In this document: one piece after another, positions 20,383-30,083 of the stretch
Numbering within the stretch: the stretch's first letter is position 1
How the letters are laid out: each line of letters opens with the position of its first letter
Source of the DNA: Candidatus Cloacimonadales bacterium
Lineage (GTDB): Bacteria; Cloacimonadota; Cloacimonadia; Cloacimonadales; DAONDQ01
DNA length: 64,000 nucleotides
Direction of reading: 5' to 3'
NCBI GenBank assembly: GCA_963662275.1
Contig: OY759316.1
Coordinates: forward strand, 2,595,820 to 2,659,819
Translations under genes and position numbers: made by a program
Notes under the pieces: model-generated
The model's database searches: none
Told to the model about the DNA's origin: nothing
The model's input: only the letters and a program-made list of their open reading frames with translations

Positions 20383-21965
20383 TTATTTTTCCTCCCGTAG
20401 TAGTCTGCACCTCTGGTAATACCAAAATCAGAAGCAGGATCATTCTTTGCAGTCTCTGCCGCATTATTGATCTTATCAAAACCCGTCTTGAGTATGGTTT
20501 GGATATTTTTATAACCGGGATTGGGTGTATAAGATAATGCCCTTTGACATGCACTTTCGAGCCTCTGCACAGAATACCTGTCAGCTGATTTCAGAAGTGC
20601 CATACAGGAACGGTATCCCTGCTGTTCAACACGATAGGATGCCAGAATAGACTTAATTACGATCATCGTATGTTCCCCTATTTCCTTTGCCCAGGAGATA
20701 AACCTCTCTGCATTCCATTCCTGATATTTCTGATGCTGTTCAGGCATATGTTCAGGGAGTGTCTGATACTGACCGGGATGACCAAATTTCCTGACATGGG
20801 AAGCGATTCTGTTGGAGTTATAGAAAACCTCGACAACTCTGCTTGTGATGCGTACATCCACATAGTATTTTATGTATTCATAAGGAACCGAATAGTACAT
20901 CTTATCCACGCTTATATGATAATTGAACTGTACTGTTGCCTTTGACCAGGCAGCAAGCTCATATGGCGACAATGACAATGGAATAAGCATGGGCTGTTCT
21001 TCTGCCTGAAAGACACTTTCTCTGCTTCCTTCTTTCTTTTGAAAGGGCTTGGTATTGAACTCTCCCAGTTTTTCCCTGATTGACATATTGAGTTCATGAA
21101 GCGAAAAGAATGTCTGGTTTCGCAAGGCAGCAATGATCCAGGTTGAGATGACTCCAACTGTGCCTTCTGCACTGGGCTTATCCTTTGGTCTTCTAACTCT
21201 GGCAGGTATTACCGCAGTATCGTAATAAGCAGACATTTCTCCATAGGTTCTGTTGATAACGGGAGTATACCACGACACATGGTCAACTCCCGTCTTAAGA
21301 TTATCAGGAACAAGTATTTTAGTAACTCCATTAAAGTACTTGAAGCTATTTATATGAGCCTGAATCCAGCTTTCCATATTCATGGAAAGAAAGGCTTCCA
21401 CATAGGAATAACCACTGTACGGGAGGGTTGCTACAAAAACATAGGCTTTGATCGGTTCACCGGTAATGTTGTTTTTGATGGCGGCAGTCTGTCCAGCCCA
21501 GTCCACTTCCAGCTTTTCTCCTGGTTTGTGTTTTATTCGCATGGTTGCTTTTGTCTTTTGTGAGTAATCATGGTAATGTTTGCAAAATTGCGTATACTTG
21601 TAGGGAATAGCCTGATTATTCCTGCATCCCTCAGAGTATTCATGCCAGAGTAGCGACAGTGTTACACCACTCTTGGCAAGTTCCTTGTGTATGTGTTCAT
21701 AATCAGGCATCTTCTGCGGGTTTGACGATAAGTAAGCCGGAAAGAGCTGCTCTTCGATCATCTCATTTGTTAATGTATCAGGAAGCGGCCATTCAAGGCT
21801 CTGGTCTGTTGCCCTTTGAATGATCATCGACACGTTATTGCGGGAACAGGATAAACTCGCCGCTATGCCTCGTCTGCTTATTCCCTGGCTGTGTAAGCGA
21901 AGGATCTCTCGGTAATTGGTCATTGCATTGACCTCCATGAATTGATTTACACTGATACAGTGCAT
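20379..21965 (-). CDS. istA: IS21 family transposase IstA (HTH + DDE)
   Basis: N-terminal HTH (ILRLHSQGISRRGIAASLSCSRNNV), about 528 aa, immediately upstream of istB. Confidence 0.9.
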   Translation of the reverse strand: MHCISVNQFMEVNAMTNYREILRLHSQGISRRGIAASLSCSRNNVSMIIQRATDQSLEWPLPDTLTNEMIEEQLFPAYLSSNPQKMPDYEHIHKELAKSGVTLSLLWHEYSEGCRNNQAIPYKYTQFCKHYHDYSQKTKATMRIKHKPGEKLEVDWAGQTAAIKNNITGEPIKAYVFVATLPYSGYSYVEAFLSMNMESWIQAHINSFKYFNGVTKILVPDNLKTGVDHVSWYTPVINRTYGEMSAYYDTAVIPARVRRPKDKPSAEGTVGVISTWIIAALRNQTFFSLHELNMSIREKLGEFNTKPFQKKEGSRESVFQAEEQPMLIPLSLSPYELAAWSKATVQFNYHISVDKMYYSVPYEYIKYYVDVRITSRVVEVFYNSNRIASHVRKFGHPGQYQTLPEHMPEQHQKYQEWNAERFISWAKEIGEHTMIVIKSILASYRVEQQGYRSCMALLKSADRYSVQRLESACQRALSYTPNPGYKNIQTILKTGFDKINNAAETAKNDPASDFGITRGADYYGRKNK

Positions 21966-22458
21966 TAATTCATGTTGGTTTTTTCTTTCAAAATAGCAAG
22001 GTGGCTCTATTTTAGCGAAGACGTGGCTCTAAAACTCCGTACAAGTGGCTCTCATTTAGAATATTATTCAGTCAGTGATACGAGATCAAACCAGATTGCA
22101 TTAGAATACAAGTTCAGAGCATTGCAGTCTAACTTTCAGGCATCCCCCCGTAATTTTCTTAACAATTAGTTTAGAAGCGTTTATAGTAACAGTCAAACGT
22201 TTTGCCGACTTTGAAAATCTGTTTAACATCACTGGTTGGTCAAAACTCCTAAACAGAAACTAGTGCAATTTGTAATTTACGGTAAACAGAAGAGTTGTGT
22301 TTTCACGGTAAAAGCAAAAAGCAGGTATTTTAATAAAACTTATAAAATTATGTGAGAAAATAAGATAACTATATAGAATGTCCATAATAAAACTGTACAA
22401 AAAAAGTGTCTCCGATCTTTTGTTCAAGCACTAAACCAAACCTAAGAAGGAGACACCC

Positions 22459-23781
22459 ATGATTAATAAGAAGCAAATCAAAACCAGAGAAACCTTGCAA
22501 GTAAAATTGTTACAATTTCTGAATAATTTTAGAGAAACGCAATCTCTACCTGTGTATAAGTTCATACAGGATATCTGCTTAGGGATACTGAAAAGTAAAT
22601 CTGTAATTATGCTCCAAATAGCGAAACAGCTAAATGAACCAATCACGGTTAAAAAGCTCTGCGAACGTTTCACCCGACATTTGAATAAGAAGCCCTTAGG
22701 AGATAAGCTGCAAGCGGAAATAATTAGGCATCAGTGCCAGGGTTTTGATGATGAGACAGGCATCATAGTTGATGAAAGTGATATCGTAAAAACCAAAGCC
22801 AAAAAGATGGAGGGATTGCAGAAGGTGCGTGATGGCAGCACCGGCAGTCATGATCAGCAGGGCTATGCATTGCTGAATATAATTGCCTATCAGGCAGGCA
22901 GTACAGGCTATGAGATAAAACCCATCAGTTCAGACCTGATAGCCCGAAACATGGAACTGGATAGCGTCTCTCAGATCATGGAAGACCGGCTAGTGGGGAT
23001 TATTCTTGCAAGTGGTAACCGTGGAGTAACTATTTTCGACCGTGGCTTTGACAACCGAAATCTATTCAGCTTTCTGCATGAACATGGACTAAGCTATATC
23101 ATCAGATCAACAGGTGAAAGAAGTCTTATCATGGATGGCTGCGAACAGAACTTCATGGCAGTGGCAAAGACAGTGAAACTCGATCATACATTCAATCTGC
23201 AAGAATCAGGACAACAGATAAAATGTGGTTTAACGCGGGTGAAGCTGCGTTTGAATCCTTACCCTGTAAAATACCCTGATACTACAGATGCCTGGCTTAT
23301 TGTTGCACAGTTCAGTCCCGATGCTAGTGGCAGACAGGGATATTTCTATTTCATCTGCGACTTTCCGACACAACCTTATCTGACGGAAAATGCTATCATG
23401 GAGAAGGTTTTGCGGATGTATCGCATACGCTGGAAAATCGAAGAGGTCCATCGCCATATCAAGCAGGAATATGGTTGGGAAAAGATACAACTGAAATCAT
23501 ATACCCGTCTGAAAAACATGAACCAGCTGCTTCTGCTAGCTATGTGCTACCTGTATTCTCTGAAAAAGTATGCTGGCGTATTTTTAGATGCCTTCCCAAA
23601 TCTTATGAAATACTCAAATAAACAGTGGAAGCAGATATATGACTTTGTGTATTATCGTCTGTCAATGCTGATAGAGATGTGTTTTGCCACCGTGACAAGG
23701 TACAGGCTCAATCCTTTTGCAGGAAAATGGCTGGATAATCAGCAGCTAAAAATTCCTGGTTTGAAAAACGGGGGGATGTGA
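22459..23781 (+). CDS. DDE transposase, IS4/IS701-like
   Basis: Candidate DDE residues in IVDESDIVK, TIFDRGFDN, WKIEEVHRHIKQEYGWE; the C-terminal YR/K region is typical of IS4-type enzymes. Element ends not resolved. Confidence 0.65.
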   Translation: MINKKQIKTRETLQVKLLQFLNNFRETQSLPVYKFIQDICLGILKSKSVIMLQIAKQLNEPITVKKLCERFTRHLNKKPLGDKLQAEIIRHQCQGFDDETGIIVDESDIVKTKAKKMEGLQKVRDGSTGSHDQQGYALLNIIAYQAGSTGYEIKPISSDLIARNMELDSVSQIMEDRLVGIILASGNRGVTIFDRGFDNRNLFSFLHEHGLSYIIRSTGERSLIMDGCEQNFMAVAKTVKLDHTFNLQESGQQIKCGLTRVKLRLNPYPVKYPDTTDAWLIVAQFSPDASGRQGYFYFICDFPTQPYLTENAIMEKVLRMYRIRWKIEEVHRHIKQEYGWEKIQLKSYTRLKNMNQLLLLAMCYLYSLKKYAGVFLDAFPNLMKYSNKQWKQIYDFVYYRLSMLIEMCFATVTRYRLNPFAGKWLDNQQLKIPGLKNGGM

Positions 23782-23837
23782 GAGTCTAACTTTTCCTTGA
23801 CAGCCTACATCTTGGACAGGAGCTTGCTTTTTTACCG

Positions 23838-23914
23838 TCGGGATGTAGCGCAGCTCGGTAGCGCGTTCGGTTCGGGACCGAAAGGTCGCTGGTTCAAATC
23901 CAGTCATCCCGACC
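23838..23914 (+). tRNA. tRNA-Pro (anticodon CGG), CCA encoded
   Basis: Cloverleaf folded by hand: acceptor CGGGATG/CATCCCG, D-stem GCGC/GCGC, anticodon stem TTCGG/CCGAA with loop TTCGGGA, T-arm GCTGG-TTCAAAT-CCAGT, discriminator A + CCA. Closely resembles bacterial proK. Confidence 0.85.
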
Positions 23915-23999
23915 ATTTTTTTAAGCTCGAGTGCTTTGCTTCACTGCTGTGAAGTAATATGACAGATATGTTAGTAACAGTTTAATTTATGTTCTAGAT

Positions 24000-24100
24000 A
24001 TGTATGAATTGATTGTTTAGTAGGATCGGAATCCTACTCCATGAAAAGATTTAAGTAGGAACGGCGTCCTACTCTACGAGAAGACAGCAAGAACGGCGTC
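24000..24100. repeat. REP-like palindromic hairpin cluster (GTAGGA-ACGGCG-TCCTAC and GCAAGA-ACGGCG-TCTTGC family)
   Basis: Perfect short palindromes gtaggatcggaatcctac, gtaggaacggcgtcctac, gcaagaacggcgtcttgc. Same family as the 60-bp units at 62238-62400. Confidence 0.7.
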
Positions 24101-25972
24101 TTGCTTTACAACGCAATAAGAGGTAACATGTCCGAATTGCAGAAGCCTGAGATCAAGCTGGAAGTAAGGAAGAACCTGAAGAAGCTTCTCCCCTATATCT
24201 GGAAGGACAAGTACCTTTTCCTCTTCGGGCTTATCGCCATGATCATCACTTCCGGCATGAGACTTTTAGACCCTCTTATCCTGGCTCATATCATTGATTA
24301 CAGCGTTCCCAAGCACAACATGAAGGATATGTTCACCTATGCCGGATACTTCATTGGTGTGATAGCCTTATCAGGCTTACTATCCTATATCCAGATCATC
24401 CTGCTCTCTCGATTGGGAATCAAGATCATTACTGAATTCAAAGGGCATATCTTTGATCATTTATTAAAGCTGCCAATTTCCTATTTTGATAAGAACGCCG
24501 TCGGTGAGATCATCGCCCGTGTAGAAAGTGACAGTGAACGCGTTCGCATGCTCTTCACAGACTTGTCCGTAGCGATATTGGGTAATATCATTTTCTTCAT
24601 TGGTATCTTCAGTGTGCTGCTTGTTAAGCAATGGAAAATCACATCACAATTGATTGTACCACTTATCGTTATCATCGTTCTTTATTCATTTGTCATTCGA
24701 TATTTGAATAAGTTCTATAAGCGTTCTCGTGTCCTAAATGCGGATATCACTGCCAAGCTGACAGAGTTTTTACAGGGTATGCCCATTATCCAACTGTTCA
24801 ATCAGCAGAAGCGAATTACTGCAAATTTATTCAAATCCAGCAACGAAAAGAAGGATGTGGATATCAAGGCTTCTTTTGTGGAATATGGCTTCCAAGGGTT
24901 CTTTTTCTTCGTTTTTAACATACTTTTCATGATACTCATCATCTTACTCTCGGCACCGAAGATCATCGCCCATACTATGACGATTGGAACTCTCATCGTG
25001 TTTACGCAATATATCGCCCGTGTGATCTGGCCTCTGATGAATATCTCGGAGAACATCACCAACATCCAGAGAGCTTTTGTTTCCCTGCAGCGTATCTTCT
25101 CCATTACTGAATTGAAGACAGAATATGAAACCCTGGAAGGGAATGCAGAGCCGGTCTTCAATCATTCAATCGAATTCAGGAATGTCTGGTTTGCCTATGA
25201 TGAAAATGAATGGGTACTGCAGGATGTGAGCTTCTTCATTCCCAAAGGCGGAAAGATTGCCCTCGTTGGAGCTTCCGGTAGCGGTAAGACAACCACAATT
25301 AGTCTTATCTGCGGTTTCTACCGAATCCAGAAAGGTGAAATTCTGATTGATGGTGTGAATCTCTACAGCCTGGATATGAAAAAATGGAGACAGAAACTGG
25401 GATTGATTCTCCAGGATATCTATCTCTTCCCGGGTAACATTTTAGAGAATGTACGCATCTACAATGATGAGATAGATCAGTTGCAGGTTGATAAGGCAAT
25501 TCGATTAGTGCAGGCACAGGACTTTGTGAACCAACTGCCACATGGCTTATACTCAGAGCTGGCTGAAAGAGGACAGAATATCTCTCAGGGAGAAAAGCAG
25601 CTTATAAGCTTTGCTAGGGCGATTTGCTTTGAACCGGAAGTCGTCATTATGGACGAAGCAACTGCTTCCATTGACCAGCTCACGGAATCCCGCATCCAGA
25701 ATTCATTGCACACTATGCTGGAAGACAAAACGGCTATTATCGTGGCGCACCGGCTTGCTTCCATACTGGATTCAGATGAAATACTCATGTTTCATGAGGG
25801 TAAGATCATCCATCGGGGAAATCACAATGAATTGTTAGAAACATCGATAGAGTATAAAAGACTTGTAGAATTGCAGTTCTTATCAAATACAAATGAAGAG
25901 AGTTCGCCAAACCAAGAAGAATTGGCGAAGCGGAATTCGCCAAACCGAGAAGAGGATGCCAGCCATGAATGA
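24101..25972 (+). CDS. ABC exporter, fused permease/ATP-binding subunit (MsbA-like), partner 1
   Basis: Six N-terminal TM helices; Walker A GASGSGKTT, signature LSQGEKQLISFARAI, Walker B VIMDEATASID. Confidence 0.9.
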   Translation: MLYNAIRGNMSELQKPEIKLEVRKNLKKLLPYIWKDKYLFLFGLIAMIITSGMRLLDPLILAHIIDYSVPKHNMKDMFTYAGYFIGVIALSGLLSYIQIILLSRLGIKIITEFKGHIFDHLLKLPISYFDKNAVGEIIARVESDSERVRMLFTDLSVAILGNIIFFIGIFSVLLVKQWKITSQLIVPLIVIIVLYSFVIRYLNKFYKRSRVLNADITAKLTEFLQGMPIIQLFNQQKRITANLFKSSNEKKDVDIKASFVEYGFQGFFFFVFNILFMILIILLSAPKIIAHTMTIGTLIVFTQYIARVIWPLMNISENITNIQRAFVSLQRIFSITELKTEYETLEGNAEPVFNHSIEFRNVWFAYDENEWVLQDVSFFIPKGGKIALVGASGSGKTTTISLICGFYRIQKGEILIDGVNLYSLDMKKWRQKLGLILQDIYLFPGNILENVRIYNDEIDQLQVDKAIRLVQAQDFVNQLPHGLYSELAERGQNISQGEKQLISFARAICFEPEVVIMDEATASIDQLTESRIQNSLHTMLEDKTAIIVAHRLASILDSDEILMFHEGKIIHRGNHNELLETSIEYKRLVELQFLSNTNEESSPNQEELAKRNSPNREEDASHE

Positions 25973-27719
25973 GCATATTCGTTGGATAGGTAAACGCTGG
26001 TGGTCTAACCGGTATTATATCTTTTTACTGCTGCTAATGACATTGGTCAGCTCAGCAGTGGCGATCGGTTATCCTTTCCTTTTCAAGAAGCTGATCGATG
26101 TGCTCAATGCTATTCTTCTCCATCCAGACAAGTATCCGAGTCCGATGAAAGAAGTGTATAAAATATGCTGGTTCTTCCTCTGGGTAGGTGTGGCACAATT
26201 TATCTCCGCTTTCTATCCCGCAATGCGTGCATATATGAATCAGTACTTCGAACATCACTTGAGAATGGAGTTCTTTACGTATTGTACGAAAAAGGATTAC
26301 AAATTCTTCAATCACTTCCGTACAGGTGATTTGGTTACTCGCTTAACCAATGATTTGAGTGACTTCCCAAAGATCGGCTGGTTCCTCTGCTCCGGTATTT
26401 TCAGAGCACTGAGTTCCTTTTCCAGTATCTTTTTTAGTCTAATCGTCATGTTCAACCTGCATTGGAAACTGACCTTGCTATCTGTTGCCCCATTACCCCT
26501 GATGATGGTGATCTTCTACATTACTTCCAATCGTCTGTATCAGAACTTTCAGAAAAACCAGCAGGCAATCAGTAATATCAATAGTCAATTGGAGATGAGC
26601 TTTTCCGGTGTAAGAATCATTAAGTCCTTTGTCTGTGAAGAGAAGTATCAACGGTTTTTCAATATCGCTCTTCAGAAACGTTTCAAGACTGAGATGTCCG
26701 TTATCAAGCTGAATGCCGTTCTCGGTTTGATCTACCAGTATATTGGCTACATAGCACAGATATCTGTGATCGTGTTCGGTGGTTACCTTGTCGTGAAAGG
26801 TGAAATTACCGTTGGTACCTTCGTAGTATTCTATACTTATCTTTCCATGATGATCTATCCGCTATTGGATTTACCCCAGCTCTTTGTATCCGGCAAGCAG
26901 GCATTTGTTTGCATCGACCGCCTGGAAGAGATGAAGGACTTCCCCACTTCCTATACTAGCGAAACAGGTTTAAAGAAGATAGATCATTTGGAGTCCATAG
27001 AATTCAGGAATGTGAGCTTCCAATATAATGAGAAAACAAATATGATCCTGGATAATGTATCCTTCCGTTTAGAAAAAAGTGAAAAAACACTGATACTCGG
27101 AGCAATCGGTACTGGGAAATCAACAATACTGGGATTGATCACAGGTATTTTGAAACCCGAAGCAGGCGGTATATTCGTGAATGACATGCCAATTGAAGAT
27201 ATCGACCTGGTTTCCCTGCGTTCCAAGATAGGTTATGTTCCGCAAGAACCTCTGCTATTCACAGGAAGTATCAAGGAAAATATCCATTTCGGCAATGAAG
27301 CCCTTGACCAGGAATGGTATGATAAAGTACTGCATGCTTCTCAAATGTATGAAGAGATAGAACAATTCAAAGACAAGGACGAAACCTTACTTGGGCAGCG
27401 TGGAGTCAGTGTGTCCGGTGGTCAGAAACAGAGAATTGCCATTGCGAGGGCATTATCACGTCAGCCTGAGCTGCTGATATTTGATGATATTACAGCCAGC
27501 CTGGATGCTGATAATGAACAGAAACTCTGGAATGATATTCTACAGATATACCCTGATGTGACCTCCCTGATGGTATCGCATAGGTTATCAACTCTTCGAT
27601 ATGCGGATAGTGTGATCTTCCTTGATTCAGATCATAGACTTGTGAAGTCATCGCATGAAGAGCTCCTGGCAAATGATTCAGCCTACCAGACATTCATGCT
27701 GGAGCGGGAGAAAACGTAG
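25965..27719 (+). CDS. ABC exporter, fused permease/ATP-binding subunit, partner 2
   Basis: GAIGTGKSTIL, VSGGQKQRIAIARAL, LIFDDITASLD. Start placed at ATG 25965 (MNEHIRW), overlapping the upstream stop as ATGAATGA with a GAGGA RBS; the ORF track starts earlier at 25893. Confidence 0.85.
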   Translation: MNEHIRWIGKRWWSNRYYIFLLLLMTLVSSAVAIGYPFLFKKLIDVLNAILLHPDKYPSPMKEVYKICWFFLWVGVAQFISAFYPAMRAYMNQYFEHHLRMEFFTYCTKKDYKFFNHFRTGDLVTRLTNDLSDFPKIGWFLCSGIFRALSSFSSIFFSLIVMFNLHWKLTLLSVAPLPLMMVIFYITSNRLYQNFQKNQQAISNINSQLEMSFSGVRIIKSFVCEEKYQRFFNIALQKRFKTEMSVIKLNAVLGLIYQYIGYIAQISVIVFGGYLVVKGEITVGTFVVFYTYLSMMIYPLLDLPQLFVSGKQAFVCIDRLEEMKDFPTSYTSETGLKKIDHLESIEFRNVSFQYNEKTNMILDNVSFRLEKSEKTLILGAIGTGKSTILGLITGILKPEAGGIFVNDMPIEDIDLVSLRSKIGYVPQEPLLFTGSIKENIHFGNEALDQEWYDKVLHASQMYEEIEQFKDKDETLLGQRGVSVSGGQKQRIAIARALSRQPELLIFDDITASLDADNEQKLWNDILQIYPDVTSLMVSHRLSTLRYADSVIFLDSDHRLVKSSHEELLANDSAYQTFMLEREKT

Positions 27720-27974
27720 CAGAAGGTTATAGGTTATAGGTTCTAGGGGCTGGGTGTTAGATAGTAGATTTGAAGATCGGTTCATATCGATACAATTTCT
27801 CCTGCGTCGAAATCACTCAATGAACCGTATCTTTTATCCTTCTCTGAACCTGATACCTGTGACCTGACACCTGAAACCTAGCTTGATGAAAATAATTATT
27901 GACTGAAAACATGATTCGAATTTCAAAAACCTCTAGAGAATAGATTAAACATACTTCCAAAAGGAGTTCGTTAA

Positions 27975-29816
27975 ATGAAGAAAATATCCATTATCGTTCT
28001 TATGCTGCTATTTATATTCGCAACAGTAGTATTAATAGCACAAACACCAAAGAAAGCAACTACAACGAACAAGAGTACAACCGGTAAGAGCACTTCAAAA
28101 AATACTGCCACAACTGCCAAGAAACCAGCTTCACGACAGGTAGTAGGAACAATTGGTACGAAAAAGATCTATCTCGATGAATATAAGACAATGTTGACTA
28201 ATTATAATCAATATTGGCAAAACAGGGGTGAGAAGATCACACCTGAATCAAAGAAAAAGTTTAATAATCAGTTATGGGATGAATTAGTCGCCAAAGAAGC
28301 CTACAACAAAGATATCAAAAAAAGAAACTTAACAGTCACTCCGGTGGAATTAAATGCACGGACATTATCCAATCCGCCCGAACAGGTAAAATCCATTCCG
28401 CAATTACAGACTAATGGTAAATTCGATATCTCGAAGTATAAAATGGCTGTCGAAAAAGATACTGTTTTCAAGAAAAACGTCCAGGCTATTATCATGGATT
28501 CATATCCTTATGAAAAACTGTTCAATACGATCAAAGCACAGGTCAAGATCAAACCGGATAGTGTTAAAAATGATTTCATCGCCAAGAATGACAAAGCCAG
28601 TGCCAAGATCATCAGTTTTGATTGGCATACTATGAAGAATATCACGGTTGCTGATTCCGAAATGATGTCCTATTATCAGAAAAATCTGGAAACTTATAAA
28701 CGCAATCCTGCTCGCATCGTTAAATATATCAAAATCACAAATGAACCTTCTCAAGCAGACACTCTTCTGGCAAAGACAAAAGCTGACAGTCTCTACCAGA
28801 GATTAGTAGCGGGAGATAGCTTTGAAGAATTAGCTAAGAAATTCTCACAAGATCCTGGTAGCGGAGCAAAAGGTGGAGATTTGGGTTATTTCACTAAAGA
28901 TCGCATGATTCCTGAATTTTCCAATACTGCTTTTGGTCTTGAACCTGGTAAATTCAGTGCACCTTTTTCAACTCGCTTTGGCTGGCATATCGTCAAAACA
29001 TTCGATAAGCGGAAGAATGCGCAAGACCAGGATGAAGTGAAAGCAAGCCACATCCTGATCAAGTATGAAGCCAGTGCAGCAACGAAGCTGGCAAAAGAAG
29101 TGCAAGCTACACAAATATATGAAAAAGCAAAAAAAGAAGGTTTAACAAAGGCGATAGAAGGTACTACTAATGTAATACAAACAACAGATGAATTTTATGC
29201 AGATGCGAAGTATGTGAATGGAATCGGTTCAAACGAAGCTTTAGTAAAAGAAGCTTTTAGTAAAGGCAAGGATGCCTTGCTGGAAATGAGCACCAATCCT
29301 GCAGGGGAAAAAATACTAGCAGAAGTTGCTGATACTATGGGAGTTCATTATCTTACTTTCGATTCTCAAAAAGTAGATATCAAACGTAAACTGGAGCAGG
29401 AAAAGAGTATGGCAGCAGCCAATAAAATGGCAGCAAAATTCTTCCAGGATTTCGGTCCTGATAAATACTTGGAACAAGCCCAAAAGGATTCTCTAATGAT
29501 CATAGATGCCAATGATATTACGATCAGTATGAGCATTCCTCGTATCGGTAATAACAAACCCCTATCTGAAGCAATCTTTAAGACTGAAGTAAATAAGTAT
29601 ACATCCCTTATCACTACCGAAAAGGGAAATTGGATTGCCTATGTAACAACCAGGACGCTTCCGGATATGAAAGAATGGGAAAAGAAAAAGAGTACTCTGA
29701 TCAAAGAAGCTCGAGAATCGGCTGAACAGCAACATCTATCCAAGTGGTATATGGGCATTAAGAATTCGGTAACTGTTGTTGATAATAGAAAGAATTACTT
29801 CGATTTAAAACAATAA
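27975..29816 (+). CDS. Periplasmic SurA/PpiD-like chaperone with PpiC-type (parvulin) peptidyl-prolyl isomerase domain
   Basis: Signal peptide; parvulin signature GGDLGYFTKDRMIPEFSNTAFGLEPGKFSAPFSTRFGWHIVK. Confidence 0.8.
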   Translation: MKKISIIVLMLLFIFATVVLIAQTPKKATTTNKSTTGKSTSKNTATTAKKPASRQVVGTIGTKKIYLDEYKTMLTNYNQYWQNRGEKITPESKKKFNNQLWDELVAKEAYNKDIKKRNLTVTPVELNARTLSNPPEQVKSIPQLQTNGKFDISKYKMAVEKDTVFKKNVQAIIMDSYPYEKLFNTIKAQVKIKPDSVKNDFIAKNDKASAKIISFDWHTMKNITVADSEMMSYYQKNLETYKRNPARIVKYIKITNEPSQADTLLAKTKADSLYQRLVAGDSFEELAKKFSQDPGSGAKGGDLGYFTKDRMIPEFSNTAFGLEPGKFSAPFSTRFGWHIVKTFDKRKNAQDQDEVKASHILIKYEASAATKLAKEVQATQIYEKAKKEGLTKAIEGTTNVIQTTDEFYADAKYVNGIGSNEALVKEAFSKGKDALLEMSTNPAGEKILAEVADTMGVHYLTFDSQKVDIKRKLEQEKSMAAANKMAAKFFQDFGPDKYLEQAQKDSLMIIDANDITISMSIPRIGNNKPLSEAIFKTEVNKYTSLITTEKGNWIAYVTTRTLPDMKEWEKKKSTLIKEARESAEQQHLSKWYMGIKNSVTVVDNRKNYFDLKQ

Positions 29817-29822
29817 ATTCAA

Positions 29823-29862
29823 TAGAAAAGGGAAGGTCATTCAACCTTCCCTTTTTTATTGA
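29823..29862 (+). terminator. Rho-independent terminator
   Basis: GGGAAGGTcattcaACCTTCCC followed by TTTTTT. Confidence 0.7.
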
Positions 29863-30083
29863 AATGTAGGGGTCAGCGTCAGCAGTCCCATCCTTTATAG
29901 AACGAACTTAACTGAAAATCAGTTTTCGCTACTGAAGATGAAAATGTCGGTTTGAAGTCCATTTGCCCTTTTTGTCAGCTATTCATTGATACATAGCTAG
30001 GGCAATTGAACTCCAAATCCTTAGTTTTAATGTCAAGTATGTAAAACAGAAAGGGTCTGCTGATGCGGACCCCTACATTGCAC

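Larger units (their letters stand above)
19400..22075 (-). mobile_element. IS21-family insertion sequence (istA-istB) with multi-copy terminal repeats; ends approximate
   Basis: istA+istB gene pair. Three copies of GTGGCTCT-containing repeats at 22003-22061 and their inverted copies (AGAGCCAC) at 19425-19481; aaaatagagccacct is an exact inverted match between the two ends. Confidence 0.75.

Noticed and set aside
20670-21563. Short ORFs on both strands inside istA
   Set aside because: They are nested within a well-supported transposase gene and are spurious.
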